Of a stretch of DNA of 31,682 nt, positions 11,391-18,516 are shown one piece after another. Origin of the DNA: Gemmatimonadota bacterium (GTDB taxonomy: Bacteria > Gemmatimonadota > Gemmatimonadetes > Gemmatimonadales > Gemmatimonadaceae); assembly GCA_031372565.1 (NCBI GenBank), contig JANMLN010000063.1, positions 1-31,682 on the forward strand. The letters are read 5' to 3'. The notes below the pieces were generated by a model that was given only the letters and a program-made list of their open reading frames with translations, made no database searches and had not been told where the DNA came from. Each line of letters starts with the position of its first letter. Position 1 is the stretch's first letter. Position numbers and translations under genes: made by a program.

Positions 11391-11879
11391 CTACCCCGTG
11401 CAGCGTCGCGCGTCGCCCGGCTCAAGCCGCGTCGCCAACTGGCTGCAGACCCCATCTCGTTCGTCCACGACCGCCTGCCACCGCTTCTCAACCAGCTTCT
11501 CCTGCTCCAGGAGTCGGGTCGCGGTCATCTCCGCCTTGACCTCGGCGCGGAACCGGTCGGACATCGCGCCCCGCCCGCCACCGTCCTGCGAGAGCGCGGG
11601 CAGGCGGTCGCCGCTCGGGTTGCGCGCAAACTCGACCAGCGCCTGATGCGCGTCGCGCCGTTCCTGCGCAAGCCGCTGCACACGCTGGTCGAGCGAATCT
11701 CGGCGGACCAGCAGCGCGGCGAGCGTGTCCGCACGGGTGCCGGTCGGGATGCCGTCCAACGGGGCCCGCACAACGATGTGCTCCGGAGCGAGTACCAAGG
11801 TTTCTGCGCGTGACGCGCAGGCGGCGCACGCCGCAAGAAGGACGATCTGGGCGCCGAGGCGCGCTCGTGAAGCTGGCAT
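11391..11879 (-). CDS. Hypothetical protein, probable coiled-coil lipoprotein
   Basis: AGGAGG lies about 10 nt upstream of the ATG at 11879. N-terminus MPASRARLGAQIVLLAACAAC is lipobox-like. The body is helical and charged. Confidence 0.6.
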   Translation of the reverse strand: MPASRARLGAQIVLLAACAACASRAETLVLAPEHIVVRAPLDGIPTGTRADTLAALLVRRDSLDQRVQRLAQERRDAHQALVEFARNPSGDRLPALSQDGGGRGAMSDRFRAEVKAEMTATRLLEQEKLVEKRWQAVVDERDGVCSQLATRLEPGDARRCTG

Positions 11880-12021
11880 GGCAGGGATTCCTCCTGCTGC
11901 ACGGTACCCACGGCGTGCGGCGCGCACAACCACCGGTGCTTGCGCCTGCCTCGAGCGGTCATGCACCTTGTGCCCCTCATGCACCCTGGCGAGCGGTCCT
12001 CGCCATTTCACGGGAGTTGTC

Positions 12022-13104
12022 ATGCGCTACATGCTGGTCTCGCTCGTCGCCGCCGCCTGCGTAGCCTGCCTGGCGGGTGCTCAGGGCACCGCCGCATCGG
12101 CGCCTCGTCCGCTCAAGGTCATGCTGCTCTATGACATGGAGGGGGTGAGCGGCATTCACGAATGGCGCATGACATCGGCGCGACATCCGGAGCAGTATGC
12201 CGAGGGGCGGCGGTCGTTGACGGCCGACGTGAACGCCGCGATTGCGGGCCTGAAGGCCGCAGGGGTGAGTGACATTCTCGTGGTGGACGGGCACGGGTCG
12301 GGCAACACCGACGGTCCTGATGTCCTCGAGGATCAGCTGCTCGCGCCCGCACGGATGGCCAATCGCGATGCGCCGTTCGACACCTACATGGACAGCTACG
12401 ATCACTCGGTCGATGCCATCGTGGCCATCGGCATGCATGCCGGGGCGGGGAACCGCGTTGGGTTTCTCTCGCACACGTACACGTTCGAGGATATCGAGTA
12501 CCGCGTCAACGGGACGCCGTTCAACGAGTCGATGCTGCTGGCGGCGGGGGCGGCGCGACTCCGCATTCCGGTCATCATGGTGAGTGGTGACGACCAGTTG
12601 GAGCGTGAACTGAAGCGGATGATGCCATGGGTACGCTACGCCATGACCAAGCGGGCGGTGGATCGGAGCCGCGCGGAACCGCTGGCACGCGAGGAGGCGA
12701 GCCGGCGCATCGAGGCCGCGGCGCGCGAGGCCGTCCTCAAGCTCTCCGATGCCCGGATTCCGGAGTGGGGTGGACCGTACCGGTTCCAACTCACCTTTCA
12801 GGATGAGTTGCAGGCGCGCAACGCGAGTTACGTGCGCGGGGCCGAACTGGGGTGGTTCCCCACGATGGTCCAGTTCGCGGCCACCGACTTCGAAGAGGGC
12901 TACCGGCGGTCGTTGCTGCTGATTCGCATGGCCGGCCCCGTGTCCGCCGCCGATGCGGCCAATGCGGTGATCGAGCGGCAGCCGAACGGCAAGGCACTCG
13001 CGGTCGAGACGGTGGACTGGGCGTTCGAGCGCTTCCTGACCGGTCCCACGCCTCCGGCTGCGGTCGGCGCGAGTCCGAAGCGACGCTACTGGGGCGCGCG
13101 GTAG
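12022..13104 (+). CDS. M55 family (DppA-like) D-aminopeptidase with N-terminal signal peptide
   Basis: YDMEGVSGI, VDGHG, GMHAGAG, LSHT, NES and VSGDD match DppA metal-site motifs. GGGAG RBS before the ATG at 12022. Hydrophobic leader MRYMLVSLVAAACVACLAGAQ. Confidence 0.9.
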   Translation: MRYMLVSLVAAACVACLAGAQGTAASAPRPLKVMLLYDMEGVSGIHEWRMTSARHPEQYAEGRRSLTADVNAAIAGLKAAGVSDILVVDGHGSGNTDGPDVLEDQLLAPARMANRDAPFDTYMDSYDHSVDAIVAIGMHAGAGNRVGFLSHTYTFEDIEYRVNGTPFNESMLLAAGAARLRIPVIMVSGDDQLERELKRMMPWVRYAMTKRAVDRSRAEPLAREEASRRIEAAAREAVLKLSDARIPEWGGPYRFQLTFQDELQARNASYVRGAELGWFPTMVQFAATDFEEGYRRSLLLIRMAGPVSAADAANAVIERQPNGKALAVETVDWAFERFLTGPTPPAAVGASPKRRYWGAR

Positions 13105-13118
13105 GCGCGCCCGCGGCG

Positions 13119-13982
13119 TCAGGGCGTGACCCGCTCTAGCGCCATGCGCCGCGTGAGGTCTCGCAACGCGCCGATCCGCTGGATCGTGTACGGAATCGTG
13201 TCGAGCCCGGTCGTGAACTTCTGGATGTACTGGTAGATGCCGATGATCGAGCCGGCCTGCAGGTTCTCGCTCGAGATGTCGGTCGTCGCCAGCAGCGAGA
13301 CCGTGACGACGACGAGGGCGAGCAGCTCCATGGCGCCGAAATTCCACGCCTCCAGGTCGGAGACCCGCACCTGCCACTGGCGCAGCTCCGCATAGTGCGC
13401 CCGGATCCGCCCCATGTCACTCGAGGAGATGATGTCGACCTGGCGCTCGAGTTCGTCGTTGGTCCCCTGCGCGAGCCGGGCGGTGCGGCGCCCGTACAGG
13501 TAGCTCAGCCGGGAGACCGGCACGAGGATGAGCAGGCAGATCAGCACCACGGTCCGATCGTAGAACAGGAGCAGCACCAGCGACCCGACGATGTTGTACA
13601 TCGCTTCGACCACGTAGTTCGCGTCGAATTCCAGGAAGTCGATGAACTGCCGAGCCAGCTGCGAGTGGGCCGAGAGGCGCGAGACATCCTCGCGGCCAAT
13701 CTCCCGGTCGAGGAGCTTGGTGACGAAATCCGTGTAGATGGCCGTGAAGGTGCGCGTGTCGTACAGATGGCGCAGCGTGCCGACCACCAGATAGCTCGCG
13801 TGGACCACCACCAGCTCGATCAGGCCGGCGTAGTGTCCGTCGAGCAGGCCGTCCACGGCCCGACCGAGAAAGAGGGGACGCAGCAGCGTCCCCAGCATCT
13901 CGAGGCCGAAGAGCGTGTACGTGATGACCAGACGGCCGCGATGTTGGGCGAACACCCGCTGGAGCGGGGTGAAGTCGCTCAA
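13119..13982 (-). CDS. Stand-alone ABC-type six-transmembrane domain protein (ABC_membrane_3-like, no NBD)
   Basis: About 6 hydrophobic segments, PLFLGRAVDGLL, YDTRTFTAIY, RQFIDFLE, NDELERQVDII. No Walker motifs. TTG start 4 nt after the upstream stop. Confidence 0.8.
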   Translation of the reverse strand: MSDFTPLQRVFAQHRGRLVITYTLFGLEMLGTLLRPLFLGRAVDGLLDGHYAGLIELVVVHASYLVVGTLRHLYDTRTFTAIYTDFVTKLLDREIGREDVSRLSAHSQLARQFIDFLEFDANYVVEAMYNIVGSLVLLLFYDRTVVLICLLILVPVSRLSYLYGRRTARLAQGTNDELERQVDIISSSDMGRIRAHYAELRQWQVRVSDLEAWNFGAMELLALVVVTVSLLATTDISSENLQAGSIIGIYQYIQKFTTGLDTIPYTIQRIGALRDLTRRMALERVTP

Positions 13983-13986
13983 CCGT

Positions 13987-15438
13987 TCACCGCGGCCAGC
14001 TTTCCCGCACCATGCGGCGTGCCCGCTCGCGCAGGGTGACCGAGTTGTTTGCCGTGCCGCTCACCATGCCCCGGCAGGTGGGCGCGCCGCAGTTGCAGCG
14101 GAACGAGGCGCTGGTCTCGCTCAGGAAGTCCGCGAAGTCCAGGGTCAGCTCGACGCCCTTGGGGATATCGCGGCGAGCGGCCACGTCGAGTCCCACAAAG
14201 ACGGTGTTGGGGTCGCAGGAGTGGTTCTGCGGCGCCCACTCGGACGGATTCGCGTCCCAGAGCACGAACACTTCGTCCGACAACGGATAGGCGTAGTGCT
14301 TGAAGCTCTCCAGCTCGTCGGCGGTCCAGCTGCCCTCGACGTGCGACTTGGTCACGACCCGCTGTGCTTTCTCCTCGCCATGGAAGACGATCTCGCCCGC
14401 CCGGATGTCGCGCGTGGCGTAGATGCCGTAGCCGGCGATGTCGCTCCCCTGAATCGCGAACGGACGGGTCTTGCGGTGGTGGCGGGCGATGGCTTCGGTC
14501 ACCACCAATTCGCCAAACCCCTGCTGACCGATGCCGTCGTGCTTGAGGATGTAATCCGCCGAGCCCTCGAGCCCGTCGGCGTAGAAGAGTGAACAGGAGA
14601 AGTTCACTTCCAGGAAGAACAGCTCCCCCTGCTCGTTGAGCCGGAAGTCCATGCGGGCGTATCCGACGGCGCTGAAGCCGTTGTACACCGCGGTCGCCGC
14701 CCGTTTGAGCCGCTCGGCGAGTTCAGGATCGCGCACCGGCACGTTGGCCTCGGGGTGCAGCTCCGAGGTCTTGTGCGCGTAGGTCTTGAACTGGGGGCCT
14801 TCCTCGAAGACAAACTCGACCGGCGTGAAGGCGCGCACCTTGCCGTGCGCCTGCGGATCGGCAATCACGAGCACGGTCAGCTCGCGGCCGTCGATGTACT
14901 CCTCGACGAGCAGTTCCGGGTAGTCGGGGAGGGTTGCGGCCACCTTGGCGTCGAGCTCCGCCTTGGTGCGGCACAACGACTGGGTATCGATCCCCAGCGA
15001 ATCACCCGCGTGCGCCGGCTTGACGAAGAGCGGGAAGGTGAGCCGGTTCGCGGCACGCTCGGCGTCCGCCATCGACGCCACCAGCACGTGGGCGGCGGTG
15101 CGCACCCCCGACACGTGCGCGATGTACTTCATCAGGACCTTCTTCGGGTGGTACAGCTCGGCCGTGGGGCCGGTGTACGGGAGCCCGAGCAGGTCCAGCG
15201 AGTGGATGACATCGATCGAGGGGATGTCCCACTCGAGGTAGCCGTCCACCAGGTTCACGTAGAGGTCGAATCCCTGCTTCGACAGGTCACGCAGCTGCCG
15301 ATAGGTGCTGAGCTTGTTGAGCGCGACATGATGCACCTCATGGCCGACGAAGACGCGGCCGAGGTCACGCGGGGGATCGTAGTTCTTGTAGTCGACCGAA
15401 GAGGCGGAGTAGTCGGACTGGAGAACGCAGAGCTTCAT
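13987..15438 (-). CDS. D-Ala-D-Ala ligase-like ATP-grasp protein fused to C-terminal SET and post-SET domains
   Basis: ATP-grasp: LPYTG, FPLFVKP, GDSLGI, VEEYIDGRELTV, GYARMDFR, LEVN. SET: AGYGIYATRDIRAGE, NHSCDPN, RRDIPKGVELTLDF, post-SET CNCGAPTCRG. The ATG at 15438 overlaps the upstream stop (ATGA). Confidence 0.92.
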   Translation of the reverse strand: MKLCVLQSDYSASSVDYKNYDPPRDLGRVFVGHEVHHVALNKLSTYRQLRDLSKQGFDLYVNLVDGYLEWDIPSIDVIHSLDLLGLPYTGPTAELYHPKKVLMKYIAHVSGVRTAAHVLVASMADAERAANRLTFPLFVKPAHAGDSLGIDTQSLCRTKAELDAKVAATLPDYPELLVEEYIDGRELTVLVIADPQAHGKVRAFTPVEFVFEEGPQFKTYAHKTSELHPEANVPVRDPELAERLKRAATAVYNGFSAVGYARMDFRLNEQGELFFLEVNFSCSLFYADGLEGSADYILKHDGIGQQGFGELVVTEAIARHHRKTRPFAIQGSDIAGYGIYATRDIRAGEIVFHGEEKAQRVVTKSHVEGSWTADELESFKHYAYPLSDEVFVLWDANPSEWAPQNHSCDPNTVFVGLDVAARRDIPKGVELTLDFADFLSETSASFRCNCGAPTCRGMVSGTANNSVTLRERARRMVRESWPR

Positions 15439-16580
15439 GAGGCCAAGGTCGGGGCGGCGATCGGTCGGCGCAGGCAGACCTCGATGATGTCCTTCACGAT
15501 GGCATGGTACGGCGTGCTGGCGAACCGCAGGATGGCGCCGATCGAGGTGTAGTTCTCGTCCTCGGAGAGGCCGCACTGGGCGTTCACCTCGAGCACGTAC
15601 AGCTCTCCGGTCTTCGCGTCCATGCGCAGGTCAACCCGGCCATAGCCGGTGCCGCCGACCGCCTGATAGGCCGCCCAGCTCACGTCGCACACCTTGGCGC
15701 TGAGCGTCTCGGGAACCGCCGCGTACTCCCACAAGTTCTGGCCGCCCGGTACGGGGGCCTCGTCGGCGTGGAACTCCCAGAGCCGGTCGAACGACAGGAA
15801 CTGCTCGGTGGACGGCAGCGTCGGGTTGAAGACGCGCTCGACGGGCGGGAAGACGATTCCGTTGTCCGACGAGTGTCCGTTGCCTATGATGAACGTGGTG
15901 AACTCGCGCCCGGCGATGTAGCGCTCGACGAACAGCCCGCCTTCGACCAACGACCAGCCGTTGACCCCGGCGCGCATCTCGGTGAGCCGCGCATTGAGCT
16001 GCGCCCTCGTGGACACGACGTTCTTGCAGCCGATGCCGAGACTGCCGGCCGACACCGCCGGCTTGAGGATCAGCGGGCCTGGAATGCGCTTGAAGATGCC
16101 GTTGACCGCCTTCGTGGTCGGCGGGATGACCTCCCACGGCGCGGTTGGCACTCCCGCCCGGTTGAAGGCTTCCTTCATCACGATCTTCGACGTGGTGATG
16201 TCGTAGAAGTGCTCGTTGGCGCCCGTGTAGGGCAGGCCGACCTGCTCGAGGTGCCGGATGACGGAGAGGCCCGGCGAGCCGTTGAGCTCGTCCCCATCAC
16301 AGAGATTGAAGACGACGGGCCGGAACCCGGCCGACTGCGCGGGAATCTCGTCGATCACGCTCCGGAACGAGCGCATCGTGACGAGCGACCAGCGGAACTC
16401 GATCCCGAGTTCGCCGAAGGCACGCGCGAACTCCGCGTGGCCCTGGCTGAAATCATTGTAGTACTGGATCGTGGGGTCGTCGGTCTCGATGTAGGGGACC
16501 AAGACCCAGACGAGGAGTGGCGCCAAGGGCGCGTCTCGACTCGTGCGTCGTGCAGCGGAACCATTGCGGGCTCTCGTCAT
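15435..16580 (-). CDS. D-Ala-D-Ala ligase-like ATP-grasp protein
   Basis: FNLCDG, LPYTGA, SKIVMK, GVPTAPW, LILKP, AGSLGI, FVERYIAGREFT, GYGRVDLR, LEVNAQCGL. The exact start may lie slightly downstream. Confidence 0.9.
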   Translation of the reverse strand: MTRARNGSAARRTSRDAPLAPLLVWVLVPYIETDDPTIQYYNDFSQGHAEFARAFGELGIEFRWSLVTMRSFRSVIDEIPAQSAGFRPVVFNLCDGDELNGSPGLSVIRHLEQVGLPYTGANEHFYDITTSKIVMKEAFNRAGVPTAPWEVIPPTTKAVNGIFKRIPGPLILKPAVSAGSLGIGCKNVVSTRAQLNARLTEMRAGVNGWSLVEGGLFVERYIAGREFTTFIIGNGHSSDNGIVFPPVERVFNPTLPSTEQFLSFDRLWEFHADEAPVPGGQNLWEYAAVPETLSAKVCDVSWAAYQAVGGTGYGRVDLRMDAKTGELYVLEVNAQCGLSEDENYTSIGAILRFASTPYHAIVKDIIEVCLRRPIAAPTLAS

Positions 16581-16583
16581 GCA

Positions 16584-16603
16584 CCAATCCGCGCGCGGAT
16601 TGG
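16584..16603. promoter_or_regulatory. Perfect 20-bp palindrome, candidate operator or 5' hairpin
   Basis: CCAATCCGCGCGCGGATTGG is its own reverse complement. It sits between the putative -10 box and the start codon at 16580. Confidence 0.6.
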
Positions 16604-16609
16604 CGACTG

Positions 16610-16638
16610 ATTGAAGCGCCCCCCGGATGGAGCGTCAA
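16610..16638 (-). promoter_or_regulatory. Putative sigma70-type promoter of the ATP-grasp/SET operon
   Basis: Minus strand TTGACG (16638-16633), 17-nt spacer, TTCAAT (16615-16610), with an AT-rich tract upstream. Confidence 0.5.
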
Positions 16639-16800
16639 TGCGCATCGTGCAATCCTACAACTATTGGTCGGGATTGCAATAGTTGCTAACAAATACGAAT
16701 GCACGAATCATCGATGACAGATCGCGTGGCGTACGATGGATCGACCTCGATGCGTCGATCTCGCATCACGCGCCGTGTGCGCGGTGCGAGTCGCGGCCCG

Positions 16801-17277
16801 TCACCGCGCGCCGAGCAATGCCGGATTGCGTCGCCAGACGCTGGCTGCAAGTGCGGTCGCGATGGACACCCACGCGAGGTACGGCACGAACAGGATCCCG
16901 GCCGATGGGTGCAGTCGCCAGAAGGCCACCATCGTGCTCGCCACGCCCAGCCAGAGCATGGCCGCCTCGTAGGTCGACCAACGACCGCTGTGTCGGACAA
17001 AGAAGAGGTAGGACCAGAGCGCATTCAGCCCGAGCTGCACCACGTAGAGCGTGAGCGCGAGGCGCGCGCCGGAGAAGCCGAAGTCACGCCAGATCGTCCA
17101 CGCGGCCGTCGCCATGAGGCAGTACAGCACGCTCCATGCCGGGCCGAACGCCCACGCGGGAGGCGCCCATCGGGGCTTGTCGAGCTGGGCGTAGAAGGCG
17201 GCCGCCGTACGCGCCGTCACCGCGCCAGAGATGGCGGCGAGGAAGGTGAAGGCGAGCCAACCAGCCAATCCGGTCAT
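16801..17277 (-). CDS. tspO: TspO/MBR family tryptophan-rich sensory protein
   Basis: FYAQLDKPRWAPPAWAFGPAWSVLY, QLGLNALWSYLFF, LFVPYLAWV. Strong AAGGAGG RBS. Confidence 0.95.
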   Translation of the reverse strand: MTGLAGWLAFTFLAAISGAVTARTAAAFYAQLDKPRWAPPAWAFGPAWSVLYCLMATAAWTIWRDFGFSGARLALTLYVVQLGLNALWSYLFFVRHSGRWSTYEAAMLWLGVASTMVAFWRLHPSAGILFVPYLAWVSIATALAASVWRRNPALLGAR

Positions 17278-17315
17278 GTGAGCCTCCTTGCGGGCGCACT
17301 GAAGCGACGCGCGAC

Positions 17316-18506
17316 CTATCCGTGAACCAACGCAACGACCGGGTTCATCTGTACGGTTCCACCAAAGGCCGTCGTTTCGTTGACTCGGAACATCACGGGC
17401 GGCGCCGACGCCACGTCCTTGTTCGTCAACACCTCCTGTGCCGCCACCTCCACCAGGTAGTTCCCCGGTGGCAGGTTGGCTTGCAGCGTCAGGTCCACCG
17501 CAAAGGGCCCTCGATCACGCAGCTGCACGCCGAGCCCCGAGGCCCCACTCATGAACAGCACGCCCCCCGTCCGCAAGGAGCGGACGCGGATGTACAGCGG
17601 CTCGATCCGATTGCTCAACGGCTCGCGCACTTCCCCCTCGATGCGCACACCAAAGGTCGCACCGGACACCACGGGCGCCTCGTCGTGCAGGTGCACGCGC
17701 GTGTAGCGCACGGGGCCATGGTCGTGCGCTGCCACCTCGACCCGCTGCTGCTGCACATACGTCGAGATCGCGTCCGCCGCCTCACCCTGCGCCACCACTT
17801 CGCCCTGCTTGAGCACGAGCACGTGCGAGCAGAGCTCCGCCACGCGATCGAGCTGATGCGAGACCATGATCACGGGGATCCCGCTCTGCGTCATCTCCCG
17901 AATGCGGCCGAAGGCGCGCGTCTGGAACGAGAGGTCGCCCACCGCCAACACCTCGTCGATCACGAGCACATCCGGCTCCAGATGTGCCGCGATCGAGAAG
18001 CCCAGCCGCGCGTTCATGCCGCTCGAGTAGCGCTTGACCGGGGTGTCGATGAACTCCGAGATCCCCGAGAACTCCACGATCTGGTCGAACTTGCGCTCCA
18101 CTTCCTTGGTGCGCATTCCCATGATCGCCCCCTGCAGGAAGACGTTCTCCCGACCGGACAGGTCGCCATGGAAGCCCGCCGAGACCTCGATCAGCGTGCC
18201 GACGCGCCCGCTGATCAGCGTCCGTCCCCGCGTTGGCGCGTAGATGCGCGTCAGCAACTTGAGCGCGGTCGACTTGCCCGACCCGTTCGGTCCGATGATA
18301 CCCATGCACTGCCCAGGCACCACCTCGAACGACAGGTCGCGCACGGCCCAGAAATCGCCCGTCCGCAGCACATCGGCCGGCGGGCCACGGCCGATCATGC
18401 TCGCCATCGTCGCCGGAATGAGATCGCGCAGGCTGTCGTGCACCCGGCCCCGACCGAACTTCTTCCACACGCGGTCGAAGACCATGCGTCCGTGCACGCT
18501 GCTCAT
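17316..18506 (-). CDS. wzt: Polysaccharide ABC transporter ATP-binding protein with C-terminal Wzt_C-like domain
   Basis: FWAVRDLSFEV, GPNGSGKST, DTPVKRYSSGMNARLGF, IDEVLAVGD, VSH, plus a beta-rich C-terminal extension. Confidence 0.92.
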   Translation of the reverse strand: MSSVHGRMVFDRVWKKFGRGRVHDSLRDLIPATMASMIGRGPPADVLRTGDFWAVRDLSFEVVPGQCMGIIGPNGSGKSTALKLLTRIYAPTRGRTLISGRVGTLIEVSAGFHGDLSGRENVFLQGAIMGMRTKEVERKFDQIVEFSGISEFIDTPVKRYSSGMNARLGFSIAAHLEPDVLVIDEVLAVGDLSFQTRAFGRIREMTQSGIPVIMVSHQLDRVAELCSHVLVLKQGEVVAQGEAADAISTYVQQQRVEVAAHDHGPVRYTRVHLHDEAPVVSGATFGVRIEGEVREPLSNRIEPLYIRVRSLRTGGVLFMSGASGLGVQLRDRGPFAVDLTLQANLPPGNYLVEVAAQEVLTNKDVASAPPVMFRVNETTAFGGTVQMNPVVALVHG

Positions 18507-18516
18507 GCCGTCGCCC

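Noticed and set aside
12022..16580. Possible van-type glycopeptide resistance cluster (Ddl-like ligase plus D-peptidase)
   Set aside because: No VanH, VanX/VanY or VanRS homologues are present. The peptidase is M55, not M15, and the ligases lack Ddl/Van substrate motifs.
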